Source: Marsupella aquatica
Taxonomy: Eukaryota; Plantae; Marchantiophyta
Reading direction: 5' to 3'
DNA: 64,000 nucleotides
NCBI GenBank assembly: GCA_973895155.1
Contig: OZ316896.1
Coordinates: forward strand, 2,294,001-2,358,000
The notes below the pieces were generated by a model that saw only the letters and a list, made by a program, of their open reading frames with translations, made no database searches and had not been told where the DNA came from. Each line of letters begins with the position of its first letter. The first letter of the stretch is position 1. The position numbers were made by a program, and so were the translations under genes. Of the stretch, positions 50,501 through 62,629 are shown piece after piece.

Positions 50501-51296
50501 TTGCCTCGTACATGTTCTTGGGCAAAATATTACCATCTGGTAGCACAGTTGTTCGCAAGAATGCCAACAACTCAGAAACCAAAACGTTGGGGACATTGTG
50601 GTTGCCGCAAATGTTCAGGAACATGATGACAAATCCCAGTTTAGAACATTTGCTACCGGGGTACAAAGACTTCCTGCCTTCCTGTATTTGCAGGGGAGAG
50701 CCAAACATCCCATCATGCCCAGGGGTTTCCTGCCCTATCTCAAACTCATCAAGAGGCTCTTCGACAGGGGGCACACTTGCATCTGCAGCCGTATCCTCTT
50801 CATTGTCCAGCCCATCATGAAATGCATCCAAGTCTTGGAAGATGTCTCTCACCATCTCTTCCACATGAATTCCTTCGTCACGTGGTGCTGCCTGAGCACC
50901 ATCCCGTTGGAGAGCTGACAACCCACAGAGACCAGCTACAACATTTTCAAATGCACCAGGCAGAACCTCACTTGCCCGTCTTGCAGCATTGGCAGCATCA
51001 AATTCTAACCTCCACTCCTCGTCGGAAGAATCTTCCTCTGCAGGATCATTCCAAACTCGATGTCGTGGATCTCTTCCATGAACCGCGATATGCCGCCAAA
51101 CCTCATTCAGACCCCTGGTACGGGATCCTTGGCAGATTGCACAAGGACATCTCATCCTACTGGCTCCTGAAAGTCTGGTTCGTAACCTTTCACGCTGCCA
51201 AAGCTTATTATCATGGCGTGATATCCTTGTGGGATGATGCAAAGGCAGTGCCTGTGCCCTGGGCTGGGTCTGGGGAGGGTGGTGACCAGGGTGCAT
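47565..51296 (-). CDS. CACTA B TnpD transposase, apparently intact (3 exons)
   Basis: ORFs 49392-51296, 48444-49355 and 47565-48443 carry all TnpD motifs; introns ~49350-49472 and ~48331-48447; no internal stops seen in exons. Confidence 0.9.
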
Positions 51297-51729
51297 TGTA
51301 ACAGGCTGGGAGCTCTGCAGTCATGGACAGCAGTGAACAAGGATGCCTAATGGTGGTATTTGTGTTCCATATATCCCTGACTGTATCTGCCAAAAGAGTT
51401 AACATAACGTGTACTAAATTCTCACAAACCCTAAACCACCCCAAAAGAAAAAAACAGGTTCGCAAGTAGTGTACCTATTGTCAAGTGAATGACACAAAAT
51501 TTCTAAATGTTGGAGGGTGTCACCACCTCCTCCGCTGTCCTCAAATGTACCGCCTCTGCATGTACGTTTACAGTGACACCCCCAGGCAGCAGGAAACAAC
51601 AATCCGCCAACAGTAAAATAAGCCCAACTGCCACCAACCATAACAAGGTACATTAGTTCAAAGATCACATTTATTTCAATGATCTGATTTATACAAAAAA
51701 ACTTGTGTCCAAACTGATGCTACTACTCC

Positions 51730-52602
51730 TCACTCTGATTCAGAATCGCTAATGACCCATTCCTCACTTGTTGTCTCATAGTCCTCTCTGTAAGGATCCT
51801 GACCCTTCCGTGGCCAGGCCTCAAAAAGATCATAGTCCATTGGGTTTTGACGCTTCCCAGCTGCTACTGATTCCACAAGCCAAGCATATGAAACCACAAA
51901 CACATTATGGGACATGACATAAAAGCGAATGTCTCCCTTCCCAAACTTGCGGCAGGCTTTGGGATATGACTTAGTAATGACATGAGTGGTGTCCTCTGTT
52001 ATATTCTCCTCCACTGTCCCACCTAGGTCAAGCACTGTGGACTTGTACACTTTGCACTTAACCTCTCCAATTCCCGCCTCCACAAATACCATGCTCAGCC
52101 CTTTCAGAATGGGGGTTGGTTGCTTCGTCTCCTCAGCCAACATACTCTTCAGCCTTGTAGAGCTCTGTCCTTTGTTGAGTACAGGTCCATATTGGAGATC
52201 AGCAAGCCGTGCCTTTGCTTCCCAGACTTCTTGTTCAGCCCAAGCTGATGCAGTAGCTTCTTCATCCTCCCACAACTCATATTGCTCAGTATCCTGTACA
52301 ATCTTATGTGCTATGGAATCTGTGATCCAAGAGGCCTCAACTACTTTTAGGCCTTGCTTAGTAATTGCAGAATTCATGTAGGACCATGACCACTTCTTTA
52401 TCACTGATAGCCATGTCCCTGCAACAACATGTGTAGTCTCTGGAGTGATGTCCTGAACTACAGTGCCATGGAGCTCAGAGAATCGTTTCTGTACAGTTGG
52501 CCAATGCACTTTGGTCAACCCATGCTGGCCATGGACCAAAATCGCTCTGACCCCTGTAAACACTGCTGGGTGGTCACACTTTCTACGTTTACCAGGCTCC
52601 AT
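51730..52602 (-). CDS. Tandem BRCT protein (CACTA B copy)
   Basis: Paralog of 33352-34200 with both BRCT repeats. Confidence 0.85.
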   Translation of the reverse strand: MEPGKRRKCDHPAVFTGVRAILVHGQHGLTKVHWPTVQKRFSELHGTVVQDITPETTHVVAGTWLSVIKKWSWSYMNSAITKQGLKVVEASWITDSIAHKIVQDTEQYELWEDEEATASAWAEQEVWEAKARLADLQYGPVLNKGQSSTRLKSMLAEETKQPTPILKGLSMVFVEAGIGEVKCKVYKSTVLDLGGTVEENITEDTTHVITKSYPKACRKFGKGDIRFYVMSHNVFVVSYAWLVESVAAGKRQNPMDYDLFEAWPRKGQDPYREDYETTSEEWVISDSESE

Positions 52603-53194
52603 GTACACACACCCTACGTGATGACAGTGAATTTTGGAAGAATGGGTTCACCTGACAATACAAGGACAACAAAATTCCTGCTTTTTGAGTTGATCTGGCC
52701 CACTGGTGCTCAGGTCCGATTTTGATAGGTACAAGGGATATGTGAACAATACGTACTAGGCACCTGCACGGATGCAGGACATTGTTTGAATATATACTAC
52801 AAAATCCATATCCGTGGTGAAATGAAGTGCAACCAACTTGTCATGGCACATACATATTTTGTTGTAAAGGAGGATACATTCAATGACAAACTTATAGGGC
52901 AATTTGATTAATTGCATGCCTGATAATTTATACGCTTACAACTTAGAAGTCCTGTTTTAATTTAGCAGTGTGATGAAAGTGTTTATGAAAATGACCACTC
53001 AGCCTAAATACTTCCAAGAAGGCTTGTAAGGATAAGTTTGTATAGGCATGTACCCAGCCACTGACGCCAGAGCACAAGATAAGTGCTGCCTATATAAACT
53101 CGCCTACCCAACTCCTTTTCAAAATTGGAATCTCTGCAATCTCAAAAAATAGTACATCCACATCAGGTGCACTGTGCATGTACAATGTTCAGCT

Positions 53195-53875
53195 TCACAG
53201 CCAAGATATGTGATCTCTCACAGGAGTGCGCGAGGTAGGATCAATGGCATGGCGATGACAATAAAATATCCATCGATCAACACCATGTGCAGAGTGATCA
53301 TAGATTTCTCTGTCACAAGCATAACCCTCTGCTTGATGATCTTTCAGGCAATGATAGTGCCACATAGTGGGACACCTAGCACAGTGGACTATGTCAGTCC
53401 AGTAGTCATCATCATGCTCACCACATGCCTTGCACCTATGAAGTGGGCAAGCTGTGGCATGAGCAGGCAAACACTCAAAACAGAAAAATCTCACACAAAA
53501 ACGGTCTGGACATTTCCTAACATTTGCTGCAGCATCAACAGAGCCCTCATAGGACCCCAACTTCCCACACTGTGCACACTTAGCCTGCTTCTCCAAACAA
53601 TCAGTGCACATCCAGTCTCCCTGGTGTGTTGACGGGAGGCCCACCCCTGGACAGTTGTTTTCTGCAGCAAGGTCAGACTCCGGGTTGAGGTGGAAATGCC
53701 TCATGCAAGGGCCCTCACAAATGACCAGGCCCCCACCATCGTCACAAATGGCACAACAATGAGCTGCCTTCTGGAAAATCTGACTTGCAGAGAAGTTAGT
53801 AGCATCTGCCCCAAGTACACCTGTGTTTCTCACCTCTGTCACACGCTTTTTGGCTTGAATTTTAGGCCGTGCCAT
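53195..53875 (-). CDS. EDM2/NSD-like multi-PHD finger protein (CACTA B copy)
   Basis: 226 aa; Cys/His ligands conserved with 32073-32753; ends TPVRDHISWL. Confidence 0.8.
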   Translation of the reverse strand: MARPKIQAKKRVTEVRNTGVLGADATNFSASQIFQKAAHCCAICDDGGGLVICEGPCMRHFHLNPESDLAAENNCPGVGLPSTHQGDWMCTDCLEKQAKCAQCGKLGSYEGSVDAAANVRKCPDRFCVRFFCFECLPAHATACPLHRCKACGEHDDDYWTDIVHCARCPTMWHYHCLKDHQAEGYACDREIYDHSAHGVDRWIFYCHRHAIDPTSRTPVRDHISWL

Positions 53876-53886
53876 GCCTGCGCATG

Positions 53887-54030
53887 AGATAGACTCTACA
53901 ATTTAGCAGACTGCACAGAAAGTAATATATATTTAGCATTTAAGGTACAAAGGCATTTAGATAGACTCTACAATTTAGCAGACTGCACAGAAAGTAAAAT
54001 ATATTTAGCATTTAAGGTACAAAGGCATTT
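53887..54030. repeat. 72-bp tandem duplication in intron upstream of the PHD ORF
   Basis: AGATAGACTCTACAATTTAGCAG..AGGCATTT occurs twice. Confidence 0.85.
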
Positions 54031-54645
54031 GCTACTGCAATGAATTGGAATGGCCACACAAGGATGCAGAGCACACATACTTTTGGTATGTTGAGCCCAC
54101 ACACAAAACTGATCCCCTAATACAATTTCTCCACCAACACCTCAATTTTAATTGTGGCTATGATTCACCAAAGGAGATCTGCAACAACATTTCATGCATT
54201 TGAATCACATACAATAGTCGTGACATGTAAAACAGGCATTCTTCGAAGAGGATTGGTATGAAGCAGTGTCATAAGGGTTGAAATTTATACATCCTAAATA
54301 GGTTATGATAGTGGCTGAGACAAATAAGTGAGGCATAAATCATTTTGCATATTATCACATGGCCCATTAATTCATTCAACGTTGCAATGTTCACCAGGTT
54401 AAAGCAGTCATGAAAGCAGTCTTTCAATAGAGACTTTTATGCGAGTTTGCTAGCCTCTTAAATTAGGATATTTTGCTTAGTGCAGGCATAATAGGATATA
54501 AGTTATATACTGTTGACCCTAAACCCTGGACCCAAAATTGCTCATACATCAAAATTTTAAGTAAATATCCTCTGTGTTGAAGTCAGAGTGTTAAGCTATA
54601 GGTCAATGGTATCTGGTCTGTGCATGCGGTGTGACAAGTGGTCCT

Positions 54646-55095
54646 CTAGAGCATGTGATCCAAACATGTGTAGACACCAAAGTCACCGGTGGTGGGGTCT
54701 GGGAGGGCAGGACAAGTGACATCACCAGGCACACTGCAGGATGGCGAGTGGTTCCAAATGATACATTGTGCTCTATGCAAAAATCGGCATCCAAGAGAAC
54801 GGTCATCCAATTCTGGGCCAGAAGCCCTACAGGCAGGACAGTCATATTGGCAACTGTGTACACACCCTTGGCACCTAATTTGTGGCGGGTCATGTACAAG
54901 AGACACAAATACCAAGGATGTCGGGAAGGGTACTGAAGCAAGTAGAGGCCGGCTGTAGTTGTTCCTGGAAACAACAGGGTACTCAAAGTACCATGCAGAC
55001 TGGGCTGGAAGGATCCCAAGTCTGACATACTCAAGGCGCAACATCTCTGCCTTGCGTGCAAGTCGCACATGTTCAGCGTTGCGGGTCCTCACCAT
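54646..55095 (-). CDS. 149-aa Cys/His-rich protein (CACTA B copy)
   Basis: Paralog of 30954-31403. Confidence 0.5.
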   Translation of the reverse strand: MVRTRNAEHVRLARKAEMLRLEYVRLGILPAQSAWYFEYPVVSRNNYSRPLLASVPFPTSLVFVSLVHDPPQIRCQGCVHSCQYDCPACRASGPELDDRSLGCRFLHRAQCIIWNHSPSCSVPGDVTCPALPDPTTGDFGVYTCLDHML

Positions 55096-56089
55096 AAGTG
55101 TTGCTTTTGTTGTGATGTCCTCTGTTCACGTCCTTTGATGAGCAAGGTGAGCAGGAGGTCGACTTGCCTCGCCAACAGCAACCACCTAAACTAATCAGTT
55201 CCCACTCAACTACAGGTCATAGTATACACATAGCATGAAACGTGCATAGTACATATTTGATTCTGAGTTTATGAGTTTCCTAAGACAAAGAGCTTGGTGA
55301 TAAACCCATATTCTCGATGGACATGTATATCAATCGTATTAAAATCCTGTTTTTTCATCCAGAAAGACCGAAAGTCTCACCTTGCAGGTTGCAGCAGAGA
55401 GAAAATTCACTGGTTGTCGTGTTGTGCAAGTGAACCTCCACTGATGCCCCCGGTGTAGCCCCTCAGATGCAGGTGACACTTACCAACTCCCAAGTTGCCT
55501 GGTCTAACAGAAAATGCTTATATCTTCAGAACTTTATAGAGCAAGTACATGATCACATACTTCTGGATCTATTCATATTTGGAACTCTTGCCAACTACAA
55601 CTCCCATTATGCACAAGCTCACATCAACAGAGAAAGATACAGAATGCATACTTACTAGGCTCTAAGCACCTTCACTACCTTGTTGAACCCAGTCCTGAAG
55701 TCTTTTCAGCGTGTTTGTTGTGCTGTCTCCTTTGGCACCCAACACCTTAGTCCTTGATGTAACAGAATGCAATTTTACAAGTTAGATGCTTTGGAACCTT
55801 CTATGGTCTTAGCTGAATTGATGTCATCGTAAGTGGTGAAAGACAAGGAAGACGAAAGCTGGTTGAAGAGCTGTAGACAACACACTAGCATGAAGTGCTT
55901 CAACCAATCCACTGCCAAACGGAACTCTTACACAGTCACATTCTTTCAGTAAACAGAAACTCAGTCAAACTTTATAATCAAAGTACAGACTCTGAAGGAC
56001 CAAAGGAGGATGTTGTGAGTTTCTCTGTTGTTTAATGTGTTACCCTTCTAGTTTCGAAGTTAGCAAATGCTGAATAATGTGTCTACCAG

Positions 56090-56431
56090 ATCTTCGAAAA
56101 GAAGCCCACCACAATTAAGAACTTTGGTATCTGGGTGAGGTATCAGAGTCATACAGGTTATCCCAACATGTAGAAGAAATATCGTGATACCACATTGAAC
56201 ATCGCTGTAGAGCAGATGTATGATGAGATGGCTTCTTGTCATAGAGTTCGGTTCCCTTGCATCCAGATCATCAAGACTACGACAGTCCCTGTCTCTCTGT
56301 GCAAGCGAGAAAGTACCAAGCAGTTCCATGATTCAAAGATCAAGTTCCCCTTGACGTACCGCAAGATTCAACCTCCATCGCGAAAGCTAAAGACGACTTA
56401 CAAGGCCACCAAGCCCAACACATTTGTTTGA
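56090..56431 (+). pseudogene. RPL18A: Captured last exon of 60S ribosomal protein L18a (eL20)
   Basis: CAG acceptor, then [83 protein letters not shown]; one premature TAG. Confidence 0.9.
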
Positions 56432-58067
56432 GTTTCTAGGTCAGGATGCTTAATATAAGGAAATTCAATTTTCACTTCGTTCCCAGCTTCTACTAATTGA
56501 ATATACACGAGATGGAAGCAAGAAGATAAGCCACAATCTAGCATCTTAGCCAAACACATTCGTCCCGACAAAGCAAAACTACAATCACACAGTGCGAGTT
56601 GTGTCTGCACCGGCACCCCCAGTGAGACTGATCAGCATTTGGACTGCATCATTGTCTAGAGCTAGCAGTGGAAGGAATCAACATAGCTAGCAGTGGAAGG
56701 TGCAGTGGAGATAGCATGGGGACAGGGAAGGAAATGCAGGTTCCTTAAGCATAAATTTCCAAAAATGGAACAACAGGAAATGAAGAATAGGCACTGAAGC
56801 GGTCAACTAGACAAACGTTGTAACAAGGCAGCAAGCATTGGATTAAGAAGAAGCAAGGTTTCATCAGCAGAAGCAAGGTTTCATCAACAATGGCATTGTG
56901 AGACAAACCACTCCTTACAAATTTCTACAGACATCCTCCCCACTTGCAGCTTCTCGGCCAGGCTGGATTTCTTGTAAGACAGGTTTCTTGTAAGAAAGAT
57001 TTCTTGTTTGGTGAGGAAAGATCAAAAAGCAACTGATCAATGCCTTCTTGTCATCTAGAAGAGCTGGATGCAGCCCTGTCTCACATTTAATGTTAAACTG
57101 AATGAAAGACATTATGCGCATGCACAAAAGAAAGACATGAATATAATTAAGGTAGGTTTTAAGGAGCGGAGTCAGCAGTCAGACTTAGAAAGTTCAAATT
57201 GAAGCGCCATTAGTTTGGCGTGGTCAAGAGTAAATAAATGTTGGTCAGGGATACTCACCTCTTTTGAATGTATTACTGACTCAGCTAAGCCCAGCTAGAC
57301 AGAAGTCACTCAGACCCACAAAAAAGTGAAGATCCACCTCCAAGCCGGAGCTCTATCACTTCAGTAGAGCAGCTTCTGGACGGAACCAACTCTAATCAGC
57401 CCCACAGAACACAAATGTTAAGGCTCCAAGTCAGAGCTCACTTCAGCCGAGGTGGACATCGCAGCTAGACCATTCAGTATAGGCAGTATGGAGCCTGAGA
57501 CTACGCTCATTGTTCAGAATTGAGGTGATGAAAGTGAGTTGGCATCAGTGGATACAATGAGAGGGGAAAAAATTCTGACCAAATCACACCTCTATAATCA
57601 GAGAGGTTCTATTTCCAGGGAACTCATTCATTGACCAGAGTAATATGGCCCACATTTAATTAGACTATGATAGACTCTTCCTCTGCAGACTCAAACTCGA
57701 GGAACCCCCACGGATGCCAGCATATACACGAGCTAGAAGCAAGAACACAAGTCGCAATCTAGCATCTTGGCCAAACACATTCTTCCTGGCGATAGTAACT
57801 GCAAGCAAGGGGGAGACAGGGAGAACAAGGAGAATAGGGAGGCAACTCACAATGGAGCTAGGTAGCTCATGATCAAGCAACTTGCAATTGCAGCAACAGT
57901 AGTCTTAGTAGCAAGCGATTGAGCTCCAGGAAATGACAAACCCGCAGCTGAGTCCTCAACTGACAAAATGTTCGCCACTCGACCCTCCTTCCAACTGCAA
58001 CCGCCAGATAGTAGGAATAAGATAGAGAGGTTGCAGCCTTCTCAGTGATCCAATAGCACCTCTCTTA

Positions 58068-58335
58068 CCACCTCCGCTCTTAGCACATCCGCTCGCACCT
58101 CCGCTCTCAGCACCTCCTTTGGCACCTGAGCCGCTCTCAGCACCTCCGCTCGCACCTCCGCTCTCAGCACCTCCTTTGGCACCTGAGCCGCTCTCAGCAC
58201 CTCTGCTCGCACCTCCGCTTGCACCACCTCCTTTGGCACCTGAGCCGCTCTCAGCACCTCCGCTCGCACCTCCGCTCGCACCACCTCCTTTGGCACCTGA
58301 GCCGCTCTCAGCACCTCTGCTCGCACCGCCGCCCA
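58068..58335. repeat. Minisatellite: ~57-60 bp units built from GCACCTCCGCTC-like subunits
   Basis: CCTTTGGCACCTGAGCCGCTCTCAGCACCTC repeated 4 times. Confidence 0.9.
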
Positions 58336-59908
58336 AACTGAAGCTACGTAGCAATCCTCAGCAGTGTGTGACAGAAGCACTCCACTCCAGCTCCACTCCG
58401 CTCGAGCTCCACTCCAGCTGCTCTCCGCTCGTAGCTCCTCGGCCAGACCGGCGGCCAGAGCAGCTCCCAAATTGCAGCTCCTGCCCGCCCACAGCTCCTC
58501 CCAGTCCTAGAGCTCGTCGTCCACTGCAGCTCACCTCTCCACTCCGCAAGCCGGTCGCCCTCTCAGCTTGAATGCTCTAGAGCTTTGAAGGTAAACCTTC
58601 AAGCTCCAAGCACAAAACTCCCCTACGCGAAGGAACTGCCCCGATCACGAAGCACACTCCCCACTTTGTGAGACCACGCACAATGTGACAACCTTCAGGC
58701 ACGACGAATGTCCCCGTAATGGACAAGTGAGTTTTTCTGAAACAAAACCCTCCGAGTTCCCACGCACATTGAACTGAACTTTGCATTCTGCTGGCGTGTT
58801 TAAACCCTAAACAAAACCCGCGCACCCTAAACTCGTGTCCAAAGGCACACTCCCGCACAAAGCATACCTTAACACTTAGTGACACTTAGTGAACCAAACC
58901 CAATGAGCCTCGACCACTTTGCGTTGACATGAGCCGTTGATACACATGTTAGTACCCTAAAGCAAATTGGACACGACACTTTGTGAGCAAAGATTAAATG
59001 AACGCAACTGTAACCTCTTAGAACGCAACTGTAAATTAACCCTTACACATGCCACTTAGGGAGGGTGGACAAAGAATGGGGGCCAGACACTACTTTAGCC
59101 CTGAATTGAAAATGATATCACCCCAATATTCTTGTCAAAGTTGCCCATGAACTCTAAGGAATCCATTGAGCAGCATAAGACTTACTATTATAGAGGCAAG
59201 TACTCCCATGCACGTTTAATTAGGCTAGCTAGGATAACTAGCTACAATGCTCTTGACATGAAGACATTTAACTAGTTCTGCAACCCTAAACCCCCATTCC
59301 TTCTATGTGCACCTAGTGCTCCCGACTCCGCAAGTTGCAAGTCAAGGGTTGTAAATGGAACATTCCGTGATGTCTAGAGTGCATGTAATCCTTCTTGCAC
59401 TCTATTTCAGAATGCCGTAATGGAGAGTAGCTTATTCAACTTACATATGACTGCCCTACTAGTGTTACAATTGCTACTTTATCAGAAGTTGTAGGAATGA
59501 CTTTCACAAATATCCCCCAAAAATCAGTTGATAAAATGTAACAACAATGACTCCCCTAAACTTGGAGTCATGTATTTTTGAAAGTCTCCCTAAAGTCACA
59601 AAGCATAGGGTCTCAAAAGGGGACGTTTTCTTCTAGTGTAGTCGTTCCCAACGACTCATCATCGCAGCCCATAAAAGACTAAAAACGACTCACCAAAGCT
59701 ACCCACACAAAAACTAAAATAGACTGAAAATCCAGTCTATTAAACGACTTATAAACCAGTTCTATAAAGGACTCAGTTGATTATAGTAACAAAACATACG
59801 ACTCGCAGTCCTATAAAGGACTAGAGTCCTTCCCAGTCGTTTCCAAGTCCTATACGGTACTGAATAGTCGTTTAATGGGGTCTAAATACCCCCCGGTTTC
59901 TACTAGTG

Positions 59909-60610
59909 TGGGCCCCAAGGATAGAGGCACCAAGTACACTTGTCATTTTTTTCACGAACAAATGGTGCCATAGTTTCATCCTTCTTCCATTTGTCAAAAT
60001 ATTTCTCAATGCCTTCTGCACTAGCCTCCACATAAGGAAATAGGGTGTTGTGTCCTGTAGGATCAATGATCTGCATTTGAACAAAATCGGATGATGTTTC
60101 TTTTTTTGACCACATCCCAAATCACCATTGTTGACATTGGTTATCTCCTCGTGCAAATTTGTAATGATGAGTTGTTGAGATGCAAGCTGATTTTGAAGAT
60201 CTTTGATGATTTTGTTCTTCTTTTCAAGTTCTAGCACTTGATTAGCTTGACCTTCTTTGTTGGCAAGTTGTTCAGTCAACTTCTGGATTTTCTCCATCTG
60301 GTCAAATAATTGAGCCTTGTAGTACATCACCTTTGAATTGGTCCCCGATTCCATGGGCCTCTTCTCTAGTGATCGTATCTTCAAATCGGCCTCTTGTAGG
60401 TTTGCCTTGTATCTTTCCATGCTGCCAGAATCACAAAGCTCGACAACATACTTTGTGCGAAGATTCTTCTCAAGCAAATCACCAATCTTTGCTCCCAAGC
60501 TCTTGCATATATGTTGCATGCTGAGCCTCTCCTTGTTAGGAGGTTCGATATTGATTACAGGTGGAGTTTTGCTTCCAATCCCTGAAATGTTTGGCCTTGG
60601 GCCCTTAGTG
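59909..60610 (-). pseudogene. 5' part of coiled-coil + RING-H2 gene (frameshifted), cut by CACTA A
   Basis: Coiled coil in ORF 59872-60723; ORF 59903-60115 ends NDKCTWCLYPWGP at the TIR. Confidence 0.7.
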
Positions 60611-61552
60611 TTACTAATACAGGGAGGACGTGCGAACAACGCAAGGGTATTTTTAATGTAATGCAAACTAATTTTTATAACAGTTTTTAAAGTAGGCAAC
60701 ATCCCTCTATATACATTCACCACAATATTAGTAATAAGGCAAGAATCAAATACATGTCACATAAATCTTATGCAAGGGTACCCAAAATGCCAAGTACACG
60801 CGTCACTATATGGTTGACACACATGTCATCACTTCATTTGCACACGTGTCCATATAGTAAATCAGATATTTAATTATTATCATCTTAAGGCAAGTTTGGT
60901 TTCGTTGGTCCCCTTATGGTGGAACAAATGGGTTAAGGTAGACATGTTTACCCGCATGTTTAGGAGTTAAGTGGGGAGTTGAGTAAATTTTGGGCCAGGA
61001 TCTTTGGGCCCAACTTGGTTGGGAAACTGGGATTGATGGGGATCCATGGATTAATCCCACATGGACGGACAAGATTACTTTTGAATTCCCTTGAATCAAA
61101 CAGCCATGTATGAGGCCAGATGTGTTTGTGTATTGAGGGAGGGGTCTCGAGCGCTCAAACAATGTTTGTTATAGTTGGTTCAGACTTTGAAGTATTATTC
61201 CTGGATTATACATATATAGTACTAATGAAAACTAGAAGTTCAGAGGCACTTTTGCGAACACTAAGACAAAACTGCAGGTCTATGTGTAAACTATAGGAAG
61301 AACTATAATTTTCTCTCGTCCTAATTTTGTTTATCTATATAAAATATGTACCTTGAACATCGAGCATAACATACAAGTCCCCTATGAAAGATAAAGTTTT
61401 AACTATTTCAGTATGATATTTGTAATTCTAAAAATTCAAGGGTGTTTTCAATTCCTTGAAAAACTCTATTATAATTTATAAAAGGATAAAATTTAATAGG
61501 AAAAGTTAATATTTTTACATTAACAAGGGGATTTTTTTTGTGAACAAAAATA

Positions 61553-62470
61553 TTAAGAAGGGGTACACGGGGGATATCTGTTCTCAGGGGGGTTCACTTG
61601 ATATAGTAAGAGTGAGGGCCCAAGGATGTTTGGTCTTTTACTGTTGGTAGACTCCACATTGCTTGGTGTGGTTGCTGGCTCAGGCTTCACAAGGAATTGT
61701 GAGATAAATGTTGTTTTCTCCTTTGGTTGTGTATTCACCTTTTGTGCCTCATCCATTTTTCTTTTGGACCCCTTGTTAGAGGTCATGGTTGGAACATCCT
61801 TCTTTGCACTTTTTCCTCTGTTTGTTGCAATAGCATGCACTGATTTATGCACGAAATGGATCACCTTGCCATCGTTGTTTTCCCAACGGTAATCCACCTT
61901 CCATTTTAGAATGAACTCGACAATCAAACATTGAACAAAAGGAGGATAAGCAGAACTAACTTTCCCGTTTGCCTTATTTGGAGCATATTCCCGAAATCTT
62001 TGTTGCCAATGTGTGGCGGCATCTCGATGTGTTAGCCTAGACATGGTAAATTTGTTCTGTAACCAAGAGTTTGTTGTCCACATTTCTGGATCGTCAAACA
62101 ACTTTTTCACAAATTTGCCAAACTCTGCTTTGGGCATCAAAATCTCCAATTCTTTGGCGTTGATCGGCCATTCATGATGAGGAGGTTTCACGTTTTCTGT
62201 TGTGATGTTCCACTCCAAATTGTCACTTTCATCCTCCAACTTAGTTGAATTTGGCAAGGGGTTTTTATCGCCCGTACCAATGTCACAAGCATTGGGTTCG
62301 GACTCATCTTCCAACCCTTTTGTTGGAGATAGCGAGTTTCCATGAATATCATGATCAAAATGATTGTAATAAGCATCTTGAGCGTCTTGCATGTATAAAT
62401 GAGCATATTTGTCTTTTGGAACTTTTTCATCATCATCAGAATCCAAATTCCATTTCGTCATGATTGCAAG
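61553..62470 (-). CDS. Unknown protein exon (possibly the upstream part of the RING gene)
   Basis: ~300 open codons with protein-like composition after an AT-rich intron-like stretch. Confidence 0.45.
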   Translation of the reverse strand, partial: LAIMTKWNLDSDDDEKVPKDKYAHLYMQDAQDAYYNHFDHDIHGNSLSPTKGLEDESEPNACDIGTGDKNPLPNSTKLEDESDNLEWNITTENVKPPHHEWPINAKELEILMPKAEFGKFVKKLFDDPEMWTTNSWLQNKFTMSRLTHRDAATHWQQRFREYAPNKANGKVSSAYPPFVQCLIVEFILKWKVDYRWENNDGKVIHFVHKSVHAIATNRGKSAKKDVPTMTSNKGSKRKMDEAQKVNTQPKEKTTFISQFLVKPEPATTPSNVESTNSKRPNILGPSLLLYQVNPPENRYPPCTPS

Positions 62471-62629
62471 ATCTACAAACATAAAAACATATTTAAAACA
62501 AATCCAAATATAATGAAATGGCATGGCATAACAATATAAATAAATAAGATACATATCACTTTATAATTACCATCTGATTGTTTGTAACTTAATGACTTCA
62601 TGTAATAATTAGAGGGTCAAGTTTCATCT

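Larger units (their letters stand above)
42846..59638 (-). mobile_element. CACTA element B (16,793 bp) nested in inverted orientation in the 3' subterminal region of A
   Basis: TIR CACTAGAAGAA / TTCTTCTAGTG; 3-bp TSD TAG at 42843-42845 and 59639-59641; full paralogous gene set on the - strand. Confidence 0.92.
26559..59908 (+). mobile_element. CACTA/EnSpm element A (33,350 bp including nested element B)
   Basis: Perfect 18-bp TIR CACTAGTAGAAACCGGGG / CCCCGGTTTCTACTAGTG; 3-bp TSD TGG; subterminal (A)GACT repeats at both ends; TnpD inside. Confidence 0.93.

Noticed and set aside
30780-55240. Assembly artefact or simple inverted segmental duplication
   Set aside because: Copies are diverged and B has its own TIRs and TSD
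57956-58571. Repetitive ORFs on both strands
   Set aside because: Translations of a minisatellite
60610-61600. Possible TE insertion between the unknown ORF and the RING gene (includes MITE-TIR-like CTCAGGGGGGTTCAC at ~61583)
   Set aside because: No matching second TIR or TSD; could simply be an intron
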